From NCBI GenBank assembly GCA_030704615.1, contig CM060731.1, positions 89,838,001 through 89,902,000 on the forward strand: DNA of 64,000 bases, given 5' to 3'. Below the pieces are notes generated by a model that worked only from the letters and a program-made list of their open reading frames with translations, made no database searches and was not told the DNA's origin. Position numbers and translations under genes: made by a program. The stretch's first letter is position 1. Each line of letters starts with the position of its first letter. Shown here piece by piece: positions 50,771-63,435 of this stretch. The stretch is from Takakia lepidozioides. Its lineage: Eukaryota > Plantae > Bryophyta.

Positions 50771-50897
50771 GTGGTCGCATTGTAAGTTGCCTCCTGATTT
50801 CGTGAGGCACCTCCCTTCGCTCTCTTATTTCATTGAAAGACCCTTTGTGCTTCTACTGGTATTGACATTCTTGAAGTGGATTTGTTCTTACTGTAGG

Positions 50898-51356
50898 ATG
50901 CCAAGTACTGCAGGAGGGACGTCTACACCGCAGTTTATGGGCAGGAGGAACGTGCATTTTTTTGCCAGGGGGGATTTCATGCCGAGTCCAGAAAGGGACT
51001 ACATCCTTCCTACTTATGCTGCCCGGCTTGCTTCGGTGTCCATTAGGAGGTCTTCCGAACCTAGTCGTGTACAACAGATTTTAGACGGGGAAAACGTCAA
51101 GAAAATGAAGAAGAGGGAGGAGGCAGCAGCTATTAGAGCCCGTCAGGCTCGTAGATTTGTCTTGGATTCTGCTGAGGAAAGTGGGGGAGAAGAGGCAGAA
51201 GATTCCCAAGAGGTGAGGTGGACAGTCCCCCAAGGAGAGGACGGTATTTTTGAGAGGCATAGTGGAACTGATGCATCTCATAGCTCAGAGGATGGGGGGG
51301 ATGAGGGGGATGAGGAGGAAGGTAGGGCAAGTTCCTCGGAGGGTGTAGGAGAGTAG
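50898..51356 (+). CDS. ORF-X, 152 aa, unknown function
   Basis: ATG one base after acceptor CTGTAG; conserved with 28160-28655 (FFAR..F..SP....LP.YA, RWTVPxGEDGIFE). Confidence 0.65.
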   Translation: MPSTAGGTSTPQFMGRRNVHFFARGDFMPSPERDYILPTYAARLASVSIRRSSEPSRVQQILDGENVKKMKKREEAAAIRARQARRFVLDSAEESGGEEAEDSQEVRWTVPQGEDGIFERHSGTDASHSSEDGGDEGDEEEGRASSSEGVGE

Positions 51357-52459
51357 TGCCCATTCCGGCTATGACAGTTAGGACACACTTGTATAGATGT
51401 GGCGTGCCACAAAATTTGCAATAAAATGTTGCATTTCATTGCTATGACAAGTCCACTGGTGCCAAATTCCAACTTCATATGACCCTATTTCCGTGCCTCC
51501 TAACCCTATTTCCGTGGACACACAATGATCCGCTCATGTTTTTTTTTTTCCCGTCATGCTCATGCCGCTCATGAAATAGCAGCCCCCAAGGTGGAGGGTT
51601 TAGAGGTAAGACACAAACATGGGCTACTTATGAGAGGAAGTGGCTCCTTGTTATATTTGTGGCAGTGATGAGCATTACACTAAGGTATGTCCTGACCGTG
51701 AGGGCTATGCTGATTATATCAAAGAGAAGAAGAAGGCAGGGTCTTCCAACCAGGCTGCCCACACACATTTAAACTAAAAAGATCTCTTGGGCAGGGGACA
51801 AGAGGTCATGGGAAGCAGCACCCCGTTGATGCAAGTTGAAGAGGGTCATGTTGTCAACTAACTTTAAGGCTTTGCATTGTGAACTAGCCAAGAAATGTCA
51901 AGTGCCTGACATAAGTCCCTTGATCACACAATGTCATGTGCATCATTTGAGTTTTCCATGTGTTGTAGATACTGTATGTACCATGTCTGCCATCCCCTTG
52001 CAGGTAGTGAGAGTCTTGGGCCTCAAGTTGACCCCTGCACAAGGCATGGAGGTCATCATTGCAGATGGGTCAAGGTATGAGCCCTTGGGGCTGGTCACTG
52101 CCCTACCAGAATTCACAAGAAAGAGGTCTTGATTACTTGCATAGTTATAGTAGGAGACCAGTTCTTGTTGGGATTGGATTGGATGACAGGGGCTCAAGCT
52201 ACCATCAACCTTGGTGACAACTCCCAATGGATAAGGACATGAAGTTATACTCTCAAGACTGTCAAGATGCATGCATGCACTGCTACTGCCAACCTTTCCC
52301 AAGTTCAAGCCATGGTAAGGGAGGTAAGGCAAAGGACCCACCACAACATGATGTCTTGGCAGGATTTTTACAAATACAAGCCAGATCTTGCCTTGATGTA
52401 TGAGTGGCATGTACCTAGCTCTGGTCAAAAGTCTAGTGCTCCCATTGTGGTGCAAAAGA

Positions 52460-52735
52460 ACAGTACTTTGATTAGAGCTCCATGTGATGTCACTATTCCA
52501 TCTATGTGCCAGAGAGTGGTCAAGACCCAATTGGCCTATCTTTGTCCCAAGGGACACTACCTTGAGGTTGATGGATGGAGGAGGCTTACTGCCTTAAAGC
52601 ATTGCCTTGTTGCTATTGGGGTTCTTGATAGAGGTTACAAAGATGAAGTCAAGCTTCTTATAGCCAATCCTGAAAGGTTTCTTGTGACCATCAAGAAGGG
52701 GCAAGTGCTTGCTAGAATTTCTGCCCGTCCCTTAG
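52460..52735 (+). pseudogene. dUTPase-like domain between protease and RT
   Basis: LIRAPCDVTIP..VVKTQL...PKGHYLEV....LTALK....IGVLDRGYKDEVKLLIAN....TIKKGQVLARI follows trimeric dUTPase motif spacing (GVIDxDYRGEI, GxRIAQL), with degenerate residues. Confidence 0.75.
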
Positions 52736-53644
52736 AAGAGATTGGTGAAGTCCAACCTGCTTTTGGTTTTGAAGCCTTAGGCATTGTCCATGATCAATCA
52801 GATCTGGTCACTGCTTTTTCCAGCCACTCTTCTCCTGCCATGAGCTTCAAGAATAGACTCAATGCTCAAGAAAGAGAAGCCCTTGCCAAAGTCCTTGGTG
52901 AGATCAAACTCAACCCCTTACTTGAGGAAGCCCAAAAGAAACAAGTTGAGACCTTGATAGCTCACAACCTGGATGTGTTCAGTCTTTGAGCTTCTGACCT
53001 TGGGAAGACCAATATCCTAGCATGATATTGAGACTGAGGGACCTCCTGTCAAGCAATTTGCCTATAAAGAGAGTGTGAAAGAGTGGGCTATTGTGCAAGA
53101 GGAAATAAAAAAAATGCTTGATGCTGGTGTGATTAAGCCTTCCATCTCTCCTTGGGCCAGTCCCATAGTCCTTGTAGGGAAGAAAGATGGAAGTACTCGC
53201 TTCTGTGTGGACTTTAGGCGTCTCAATACAGTCATCAAGAAAGATGCATATCCCCTCCCCAGGTACAATGAGACCCTTGACATGTTACATGGAGCCACTG
53301 TGTTTTCTTCCTTAGACTTGGCCTCTGGATTTTGGCAAGTGCCTCTGACTGAGGAAGCAAAAGAGAAAACCTCCTTTGTCTGTAGGATGGGCAAGTACTA
53401 GTATGAGACCATGTCTTTTGGTTTGTGCAATGCAACTTCTACCTTCCAGCGCCTAATGGATATTGTCCTTGGAAATTTGAGGTGGGAGTATGCTTTGATA
53501 TACATTGATGACATCAATGTATATTCAGCCACCTTTGAAGCCCATCTTCTTGACTTGCAACGTGTCTTCAGCAGACTTAGAGCTGCAGGGTTAAAGGTTA
53601 AGCCAAAGAAATGTGAATTGTGCATGCCTGAGCTTCACTTCTTG

Positions 53645-56600
53645 TGTCACGGACATAGCCCAGAGGAACTTACCAGGAGTAAATACCAGAAGTTACCAAG
53701 TTACCATGTTACCATGTTACCGGAAGTTACCATGATTTACCGTGATTTACCATGATCTACCATGATTTACCATTAGTTACCAAGTTACCGGGAGTTTATC
53801 AAATTACCAAGAGTAACTTGGGAAACTGCTCAGGAAGCTTCTTTTGGAGGAAACTTCTCCATCAAGATGTCTTGCCAACACAAGTTCAAGCTACTCTTGT
53901 TCCCAGTCCAATACTCCAGTCCAGCTTCCAGTACTCTAGAAATATTTCAGTACTCGTGGGAGCGTCTATCTTATTTGTGAAGAAGAAGGACGGATCATTA
54001 CGCATGTGTATGGACTATCGTGGGCTCAACAAAGTCACTATAAAAAATCGTTACCCACTACCGCTGATTTCTGGACTCCTTGAACAACTTGGACGAGCAA
54101 ATTTTTTCACAAAGATCGACTTGAGATGAGCTTACAACCTTGTACGAATAAAAGAAGGAGACGAATGGAAGACTGCTTTTCGCACAAGGTAGGGACATTT
54201 CGAATACAGTGTTATGCCTTTCGGTCTTACAAATGCTCCAGCAATTTTTCAACACATGATGAATGACATCTTTCGAGAATTTTTAGATGACTTTGTAGTC
54301 ATCTATTTGGACGACATTTTGATATTTTCACAGAGTGAAGAAGAACATGGTCGCCATGTACGCCTTGTCCTTGATAAATTGAGGGAAAAAAAAGTATATG
54401 CCAAGTTGGAAAAATGTTTCTTCCACCAATCTGAAGTCGAATTTTCGGGCTACATTATTTCCGACAAATGAGTCTTTATGGATCAGAAGAAAATACAAAC
54501 CATCATCGAGTGGATTAAACCAACTTCGGTCCAAGATGTACAATGTTTTCTAGGATTTGCAAATTTCTATAGAATCTTCATCAAGGACTACTCCAAAATT
54601 GCTGCACCAATGACACGACTCACAGGGAAGAACAAATTTGTATGGGACGAGAAGGCTGACCAAACATTTGAAAGGCTGAAGTAGGCATTTACAACGGCTC
54701 CAATACTGGTATATGCAGACCCATCTAAGCCATTTTTTTTGGAAGCAGATGCATCGGACTTTGCACTTGGCGCGGTACTCTCTCAATACGGTATAGATAA
54801 CCGACTTCACCCTGTTGGTTTTCGTTCTCGCAAATTTTCCGCTACGGAGATCAATTATGAAATCCATGACAAAGAACTTCTAGCGATTATCGATGCTTTT
54901 GAGGAGTGGCATCATCTATTGGATAGAGCTCAACATCAAGTCACTGTCTATACTGATCACAAAAACCTCGAGTATTTTATGAGTGCTCGTGTTTTGAATC
55001 GACGACAAGCGAGATGGAGTATGTCACTAGCAAGGTTTGATTTTGTTATTACCTACCGTCCCGGACATCTTCAAGGAAAACCAAATGCTCTTTCTCGACG
55101 ATCGTATCTTGCGCCAAATGAAGGGGATGCAGCTTTTGACCAACAAAAATCCATCATCTTGAAACCAGCAAATCTCCAATTGAATATGTTATCCATGTCT
55201 ACCTATGACGATGCAGAAATCATAAAGGAGATTCAGGAAGCACTGAAGAGCGACCATTTTGCTACGACACTACGAAGTCAACTAAATCGACCTCGAGACA
55301 ACCCACATGTTACAAACGACTTCGAATTCAAAGATGACTTACTTTAACAACTTCGAATTCTTCAAACATGTCATGATCTTCCGGCTGCATGGACTCCCGA
55401 AGGACATCGTATCTGATCGAGGACCACAGTTCATATCAAATTTCTGGAGGGGATTATTTCACATATTGGATACTAAGATCAACCTCTCTACAGCTAATCA
55501 TCCACAGACTGATGGTCAAACCGAACGTGTAAACTAGATTTTGGAGCAGTATCTTCGCTATACGATAAATTATCACCAAGATAATTGGACGGACATTCTG
55601 TCACTGGCTGAGTTTGCCTACAACAACACTATACATTGAGTATGCAGATCAACGTCGCCAACTCCAACCCCAGTTCAAGGTCGGAGATCGTGTGTGGCTT
55701 CTTCGACGGGATATACAAACCTCGCGACCATCAAGGAAGTTGGATTATCAACGCCTGGGACCATTCAAAATTATTCGATAAGTAAATCCGGTCAGTTTTC
55801 GGCTTGAACTCCCAGGAAGTATGCACATCCATCCAATCTTTCATGTTTCATTATTGGAGTTGTATCATCCATCAAATATTCCGGGGAGAGTTTCTGTACC
55901 ACCTCCACCAATCGAAGTCAATCAGGAAATTGAGTATGAAGTCGACAAAGTCCTAGACTCTCGCATCAAGTATAAACGTCTTGAGTATTTCGTACATTGG
56001 AAAGGCTACGACATCAGCAAACGAACGTGAGAACCTTCATCCAACCTCGCCAATGCCTCTGACAAAGTCCAAGAGTTTCATCAACGATATCCAGCTAAGC
56101 CCCGAGCTACACGTCAATAAGATATCACAACGATGATGTCAGCCAAGTTAGTTTCAAGGAGAAGACTCCACATTCAATATACCTGATACACGCTAAGGAG
56201 GGAGGAACACCACACATCAGTATATATAGCTGCACTTCCAGCATTCTTGCATCTTGTATTGGCAGCATGAAGTCACATGAACCAGATATATTGGAGTTGT
56301 CGCTTACCCAACTACCAGACCAGCCGTTCCAACTCTCACGACCTTCAACATCACGCCGACGCTCTCGAGACGATGGGCCACCAATGCGACGGGTACTTCC
56401 TTGTCAAGACCCCGTACGACGGCAAGTGGAGCCTACTCGAAATCTGATAATTCTGTTGGAGGTTGAGGCTTCGGACCCAGAGGGCAACGAAATCATGTTT
56501 GAAGGCAGCTTCAAAAATCAGAATGCTCAAATCACTGCGTGGTCCCAAGTGCAAGGTGTTGGACACTATCGATGGTTGTAGGGACCTGTAAATCATTTGA

Positions 56601-57362
56601 GTCAAGAACGAAGAGCCGAATACTTGGCAAGTACCATTCACCGGATTTTGGATTTTCTCCAACTCTAAGCAAGTCCAAGATTTTACCGCTCCTCGAGGAA
56701 CTTGGCGCTAGAGGAGGGGTGATGTCACGGACATAGCCCAGATGAACTTACCAGGAGTAAATACCAGAAGTTATCAAGTTATCATGTTACTGGAAGTTAC
56801 CATGATTTACCGTGATTTACCATGATTTACTATTAATTACCAAGTTACCGGGAGTTTATCAAATTACCAAGAGTAACTTGGGAAATTGCTCATGAAGCTT
56901 CTTTTGGAGGAAACTTCTCCATCAAAATACCTCCTTTGTTTAAAGAAGCTTCTCCATCAAGAAACCTTTGTTTAATCTTGGAAACTTCTCCATCAAGAAA
57001 CCTCTATAGGGGAAGCTTCTTAGGGAACTTCTTAGTAGCCAGTATATATAAGAGGCGAGACTGGACACTCTTCAGTCTCGCCAACACAAGTTCAAGCTAC
57101 TCTTGTTCCCAGTCCCAATACTCCAGTCCAGCTTCCAGTACTCTAGTCCAGTTTCCAATATCTGGTATCCCAGTCCAGTTTCCAGCATGCCAGTATTCGA
57201 GTCGAGTTCCAGTATCTTGTACCCTTGTCCATTGTTATAAAGATCATCTTGATTCATGGTTACCCACTATGCACTCGGCCATGCCGACCTTGACTTCTTG
57301 TCTAATCTTGTACCTCTAGTCTGATATCTTGTTTGTGTTCAGTCATGTTCTCGTCTTTGACA
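53645..57362 (+). mobile_element. Tcn1-like chromovirus nested in the RT of the dUTPase Gypsy; internally deleted; 5-bp TSD TCTTG
   Basis: TCTTG at 53640-53644 and 57363-57367; the host RT rejoins as ELHFL|GHVIS. Partial 5' LTR fused to RT (no PBS, gag or PR); RH, partial IN, chromodomain EYEVDKVLDSR..YFVHWKGY; 3' LTR 56723-57362. Confidence 0.96.
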
Positions 57363-60300
57363 TCTTGGGTCATGTCATATCAAAAGAAGATCTTAAGCTT
57401 GATCCTAAGAAGCCTCGCTTTGTCTGGGTGTTTCCATTCCCAAGGACAAACACCGTTGTTAAATCCTTCCTTGGTTTGGCTTCTTACTACCGGAGGTTCA
57501 TCAAACATTTTGCCATGATTGCTTTTGCTTTGACCAAACTTCTGGCTAAGGATGTTCACTTTGAATGGAGAACTTTCCAACAAGTTGCCTTTGACAGGTT
57601 GAAGGTTGCTCTTACCACTGCTCCAGTCCTTATGTTTCCCAATTTTCACCTGCCTTTCACGATGCAAACAGATGCTTCTGATGTTGCCATCTCTGCCATT
57701 TTGTGTTAAGTAGTTGATGGGAAGGAGCATGTCATTGCTTATGCCTCTAAAAAGCTGGACAAGCATGAAAAGAACTACTCTATCACTGATAAGGAGGGGT
57801 TAGCTTTGATCTTTGGTGTTAAACACTACAGGCAGTATTTGCATGGCAGCAAGTTTGTGGTTGAGACTGATCATCTTCCCCTTAAGGCATTGCTTCGGCC
57901 TCGTGAGTTGTATGGTAGACTGGCATGATGGGCTATGTTTCTGCAGGAGTTTGACCTTGACATTGTTTACAAGAAGGGGAAGGAGAATTCCAATGCAGAT
58001 GCTCTTACACGGGTTGAGCCTCATGTAGGCAAGCCTATGGTGACCTTGGAGGACTTGGCTGCTCTTGATATATCCTCTCCTAAGGGGACAGGCCTTGTTC
58101 TTAACCTTTTATGTGTTGATCAGCAAGCTCTTCTTCTTGATCCGACTAGCTTGGAGATTGCATGGGGCTGGTCTAGCCTTCTTGATGATCTAGGCTGAGT
58201 CCCTATATTGTTGGTTTGGATAGTGGATCTCATGTCTAAAGCCTTTGTGAGGGGCTGATCTATCCTTCTTTGTTTCTTGTCTTTCCTTTTCAACCCTGGT
58301 TCGGATTTGGTGCATCTACTGCTGTACTCCAGTGTAGGTTTTGGCAGTGCTTTAAGGCATGATTTGCCTTCCCATGAGCCATTTCAAATGAGGCAAGGAT
58401 CTAGTGGCTGGAGATAACATGAGGCAGGCACTCCATGTCATCCTTACTAAAGCCCATTGAACCTCGCTTATGTGCAGTGTAATCATGGATGATATGCTGC
58501 ATGCAACATTACTCCATCGATGTCTTCATGGACGTTCACTTGCAGGACTCCCTGAGAAGTTGAGGAAGCAAGTGTTGTACAATGTGGACGCTCATCATTG
58601 TAGGGATGACAAGTTGTACAAAGTGGGCACTAAGGATGGGAGTTCTTGCTACTTGGAGGTACCACCACAAAGCCAGTTAGATGCTTTGTTGGAATGCTTT
58701 CATGCTTCTTTGTATGCAGGTCATCTTGGGATCAAGAAGACTATAGCTCGCATACAAGAGGTGTACTATTGGAAGGGAATTCAAAGAGATGTGACTGCCT
58801 TCATCAGACATGTCGATCTAACCTTGCACTTCCTCGGGTGGGGATCACTTATAAATTGCAATCCTTGCCTGTGACACATGCCTTTGCTCGAGTTGGTATT
58901 GACTTGGTAGGACCTCTCGCTCTCACGTTAAAGGGTCATAGCTATCTTTGGGTAGCTACAGATTACTTGACTAAGTGGGTAGAAGTTTGTCCTATGGTTA
59001 CCAAGGATTCTGACTCGGTAGCACAACTCTTTTTTGAGGAGATTGTGATGAAGCATGGTTGTCCTCTTGAGGTCCTTACTGATAGTGGCCGGGAGTTTTG
59101 CAATGACCTCTTGAATATCATATGCTTTAACTTTGGAATCAAGCATGTGACTACAGCCCCCTACCATCCTCAAACCAATGGTTTGACGGAGCGTTTCAAT
59201 CAGACTTTTTGCCGAATGTTGGAGAAGAATGACGAGTTTGCAAAGGAGTGAGACATCTTCATTCCTCCTCTGGTCTTTGCTTATTGCACTGCTGTTCATG
59301 CTAGCACGAGAAAAACTCCTTTTGAGTTGCTTTATGGTAGACGTTGAGTCTCTCCTTTGTATCCTACTCCACTGATTTCCACTGTTTCTGAGCCTGCTGA
59401 CTTGACTGATTTTGTAGAGAGGGTGCATGCTAGGCACATGGTCTCGGTTAATGAGGCTAAGGCTAGCATTGTTCTTGCTCAAGCAGTACATGCTAGGAAT
59501 TTTAACAAACGGGTTAAGTACTCAGATCACTTCCATGAGGGACAGACTGTGTGCCTACGTCTTTAGCAGGGGCAACATGCATGTAAATCTAAGCGGAAGA
59601 TCGATGGTCCTTATTTGTTGTACAAGTTGCTTCGTGGGAGACGTGTTTTGATTTTGCCGCAGGGACACAATACGAAAGTATATGAGGAGCCAGTGGCACT
59701 TGCAGATTTGATTCATTCGGAGCTGGTTTTTGACTTGACATGCATCAATGTTGAGGGGCGTTCGGTGGTACTCACTCCTCGTGGTACAAGTGCTATGGAG
59801 ACTTTGATTTCATAGGAGACCTCTTTTGGACTTGGACATCTCTTCATTTTCAGATTGTAGTATTCTTCCATAGTTGTTTTGTAGTCTAGTTTTAGACTTA
59901 GCATGAAGTTCCAACTTGTCCACACGCATAAGGTTTTCCTTTGCATGGGTTTTGTCCCACCGGGTTTTCCCATGAAAGGTTTTTCACCTTGTGACGTTGG
60001 GGAACTTCATGGCGGGGTAACATCCTTATATTTTACCTCGCGGAGCTCGGATTTTTTAAGGGGGGGGAAGCCTTCCCATATGTGATGGCTCATGTTCTCC
60101 TGGCCTGACTTTCAGCCTATTCATAACTGTCTGACAGGTTCATCCCATGCCATTAGTATTTACAGCGGGAGACCCTTATATACAGCCTGACTTATACTTG
60201 TTTGAGGTTATCCTAGAGCTTTGTGGCTGCATCTGCCCCTTCATTGGTCTACGGGCCAGATCTGTTTGTAATCTTGCTGCCACGTGGGGGTATTGCCTCA

Positions 60301-62178
60301 CCCTAGGTTTTGGGTATAAGCTTGTTCCTGACCTTGAGTCAGGGCCCTTCTTCTCGTATGTACAACCTGGTGTCCGGGCTTCTGGACGTGCTCTGCGAGC
60401 TTTGGATGTGTGTGTTAGCTCTGCATATGCTGTTCGTGGGATCCTCTACATGTTCATCTCTCTTCTCGTGCTGTAAAGCCCGCTCCTTCCGAGCTCTTAC
60501 ACCCCTAGTTTACCGTGCACTTGTGAGGACGGGAGAATCTCATTCAAGCACAAAATAAGCCTTCACAGGCCCATTGACCCATATGGGAACTCTTGGGGTG
60601 AAGTCCAAAAATCAGCACCTTCCCATTAGCTATCTTGAAGGTTGTGGCTTAAAAGTGTCCACCTTCCTGAAGGGAGGCACCAGCCTTACGGGGAAGGGCA
60701 ACTGACGAGGCCCTTCCAATGCGTGAAGGAGGGTGCTATATCTCAGAGTATTCCCACAAAACCAACTTTCTCACGGTCTTTTGAGGCCCCAATGCGCTGA
60801 GGAAAGTCTGTAATTCCGCACATGCAGGTCTTACAAATCGGGCAATAGTCTTCAGTACCCTCTCTAGACTTCTGCAACAATGTAGTCACGATAGTGGCTT
60901 TGCAGGGGAAGTTGATTGTGGCATTTGCTTGAAATCAGAATCCTGTAAACAGGGCCATCGCAACTCGCTCGAAAAAGCTTTCCACGACACTACCTAGTTT
61001 ACAAGTGCATTCTTCGTTTGTCTCCAGTTTGGGCATTCTTACAAACTCTCTATGGTTAGAACTCACACATAAATGTGTTTGCCGTTGAAGATGTCAAGCG
61101 CGAGCTTGCACACTTGCAGTGACCCTCAAGTAACTCAATACAGGATTGGTTCTCGTTTGGTTGAAGGTGGCATCTGGCACCAGCTGATTATCTTTATGAT
61201 AGTTAGTCTTCAAAGGTGCAGTGCAAGAGAAGTTGAATCTAGACAGTGCTCGGCCCGCTGAATCGTCTGCCAATTCACATTCGCTGCAAATAAGTTCCCA
61301 AATGTTCAGATCCAAACCTGTTGTTGTTGAAGCGGAGTTTTTGGAGTTTTAATGTCCTGCAATCGGCTCGCTTTTCGCAGCATGTCTCCAGATTCCTCTA
61401 CAACATTCGCCCCACATCCAGCAATTGATAGTTTTGTAATCCGAGCTCGGATGTCCGCTGTACCCAACTCCATACCTGCACTGCGTTTTGGGCAGACAAT
61501 CCTTTTGGAATAGATACCGTGGACAAGACCAACAAAAGAAGCAAGTAATAATGCCCACAAACACATATTTTCTCTTCCTTGGCGGAGTTACGATCAACGA
61601 TTCTCAACCAGCCCCAAAGCCGCTCATTCTCACAACCACACCCAGGTCATGTAGATTTTAAAATTTGTTATATATTATTCAATTTCAAATGACTAATTTA
61701 AATAGTAAATTAAAGTAAATTAATATGAAATTGAAACAAACCATGTGGAGCTCTCATAAGCACATCAATTGGCAAAGCAATTGGCCCTCTATATCAAGAC
61801 ACACCCCCTCTGCAGGGAAGGAGAGCCTGCATTAATCTTCCAATGACCAAAGAGTGGACCCCCAACCCTGCTGGCATTGTCAGAGTGTGGCAAAGAAAGA
61901 TTCTACCACCAACTCTATTGCATAGACTGACAGAAGCACACCAATATCATACAGTCTGAAAGACAACTACAATCAAACATGCCATCCATAGAAACAACAA
62001 CATCACAATCACAACACACACATTCATGTGGTGTTCAAACCAGTCTTTGTATATAAATTCACAAAATATGCTTCATTGTTCAATCACAATGTCGCTAAAC
62101 ACTTACTTGGGAAAAACTAGATTCAACAGATACTGCTAGAAGTAAGGGTTTTATTGACAAACAAAGCAGTAGAACTTC

Positions 62179-62445
62179 CTAAACTTCATGTCTCAGTAGC
62201 TTCAAACTCCAAAGTGTGGTGCTTCCTACCATATCCCCCAACACAGTATGTTTCTTAACATCGTTGAGATATGGTAAAGGAGCGTTAGTGATGTATGCCT
62301 CTTTGATGTATATAGCCGCATACTCAGCTGGCACATCAGGGTAGCCCTCACTTACCTTGCAGCCTTGCAGAGAACATATAATCCCTGATCCAACCTTTGT
62401 CCGTTTGGACATCACGTTAAGGAGCCGAACTTGGTCTCCCACCTT
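62179..62445 (-). pseudogene. Terminal exon resembling the C-terminal domain of CACTA/En-Spm TnpA-associated proteins
   Basis: KVGSGII...DVPAEYAAIYIKEAYITNAPLPY....VLGDMVGSTTLW matches the VAxG...LPxP...LGDAVG..ILW pattern, by recall only. Confidence 0.5.
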
Positions 62446-63259
62446 AAACTGTCATCCCAGCACCCACCAGCAAAAACAATGAGTGAAAATACCATGCACG
62501 CTATAATGTACTTAAGTACCGGGAGGGGGGTTGCAACTACTAATAGGGATGGATGGAGGGAGGGGAGGGAGGAAGGGTAGGCAAGAAGGTCTACAGCCAA
62601 CAAGTTGCAGCAAACAACATACATACACACACACACATTTCAATTTCATTCTCTCTACCTACCTACCCAAAAGGCTATGCCAAACACAAGGTCTTATGAG
62701 TACTTTCTGTACCTACCCTTGGCAATAAACTGAAGTAAATCCCTCACAATGGTCTGCCACTGGATGCGGAGTCTATGACCACAAGGATACAACAAACGTG
62801 AAGGACGGTAGTCTACACTCCAGTGGCCACATAAACAAAATTGGAAAAGAAGGTCATGGACTTACACCAAGCTGACTTTCACGCGGCTGCGAGAATTGCT
62901 TGAGAGGGCTACTTTCCAGCTCCTCTGTTGACTTGTTGACAACATGGAGCCGCTTCATCATAGGTCCCTATATCACAAACCATTACAATTTCTTCAGTGG
63001 CATTACAACCTGAAATACACTAGTTACATAGCTCACTCAAGAGAAACCCACTGCTTATGCAATTCACAAGCAACCCAAGAATTTCAAATGTGGACCAGAC
63101 TTACATTACATTGTTGTACCTTCTGAAGATTACACTGAGCAGTATTGTAGGGCTGTTGTCCAAAGAGAGGCTCAGACTTCAGAAACTGTGGAATACTAGA
63201 AGTCTTGCTTGCCCTCTCCAAAAAACGGCCACAACACATCGAGTAGATAACCATCTTTT

Positions 63260-63435
63260 GCCCTGATGATCGCATTTTCCATGGCTCCGGATATATCCCA
63301 CTAAATAGAGGATTGTTTGATGCCTTTCTTGGTGTGTCATCAACAAGAAGAGTGTCTTCAGGACCCCATTCTGGCCACTCTGCCCACACTCTTGATAGGT
63401 TCTTCAAATATATGGGCTTTGCATCAGCCCCCCTA
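63260..63435 (-). pseudogene. FCP1/NIF (HAD-type CTD phosphatase-like) domain fragment
   Basis: KPIYLKNLSRVW...GPEDTLLVDDTPRKASNNPLFSGIYPEPW matches the NIF C-terminal KDL...TLLIDDSPxK..NP motif. Confidence 0.7.

Larger units (their letters stand above)
46574..51587. mobile_element. MULE-like element A (5.0 kb, internally deleted) carrying an MTase-like gene
   Basis: 21-bp imperfect TIRs GAGGTTTGCTATTTCATGAGC / rc GGGGGCTGCTATTTCATGAGC, followed by ATGAGC repeats. Contains the transposase 3' end (minus) and MTase-like gene plus ORF-X (plus). No TSD found. Confidence 0.85.
51588..60567 (+). mobile_element. Degenerate Ty3/Gypsy element with dUTPase-like domain; 5' part missing; 3' LTR 60081-60567
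   Basis: CYICGSDEHYTKVC knuckle ~51647; protease remnant ~51960; dUTPase-like domain; [14 protein letters not shown]; RNase H QTDASD; integrase GIDLVGP/TDSGREF/YHPQTNG. G-rich PPT at ~60058-60070; LTR TGTGATGGC...GCCTTCACA. Confidence 0.88.

Noticed and set aside
46560-51600. Target-site duplication for element A
   Set aside because: The flanks CATCCAGTT and AAGGTGGAG do not match and come from unrelated sequences. The MULE assignment rests on the TIRs and transposase only.
60620-61620. Coding-looking minus-strand sequence with several short ORFs
   Set aside because: No motif I can recognise and no consistent frame, so it is left unannotated.
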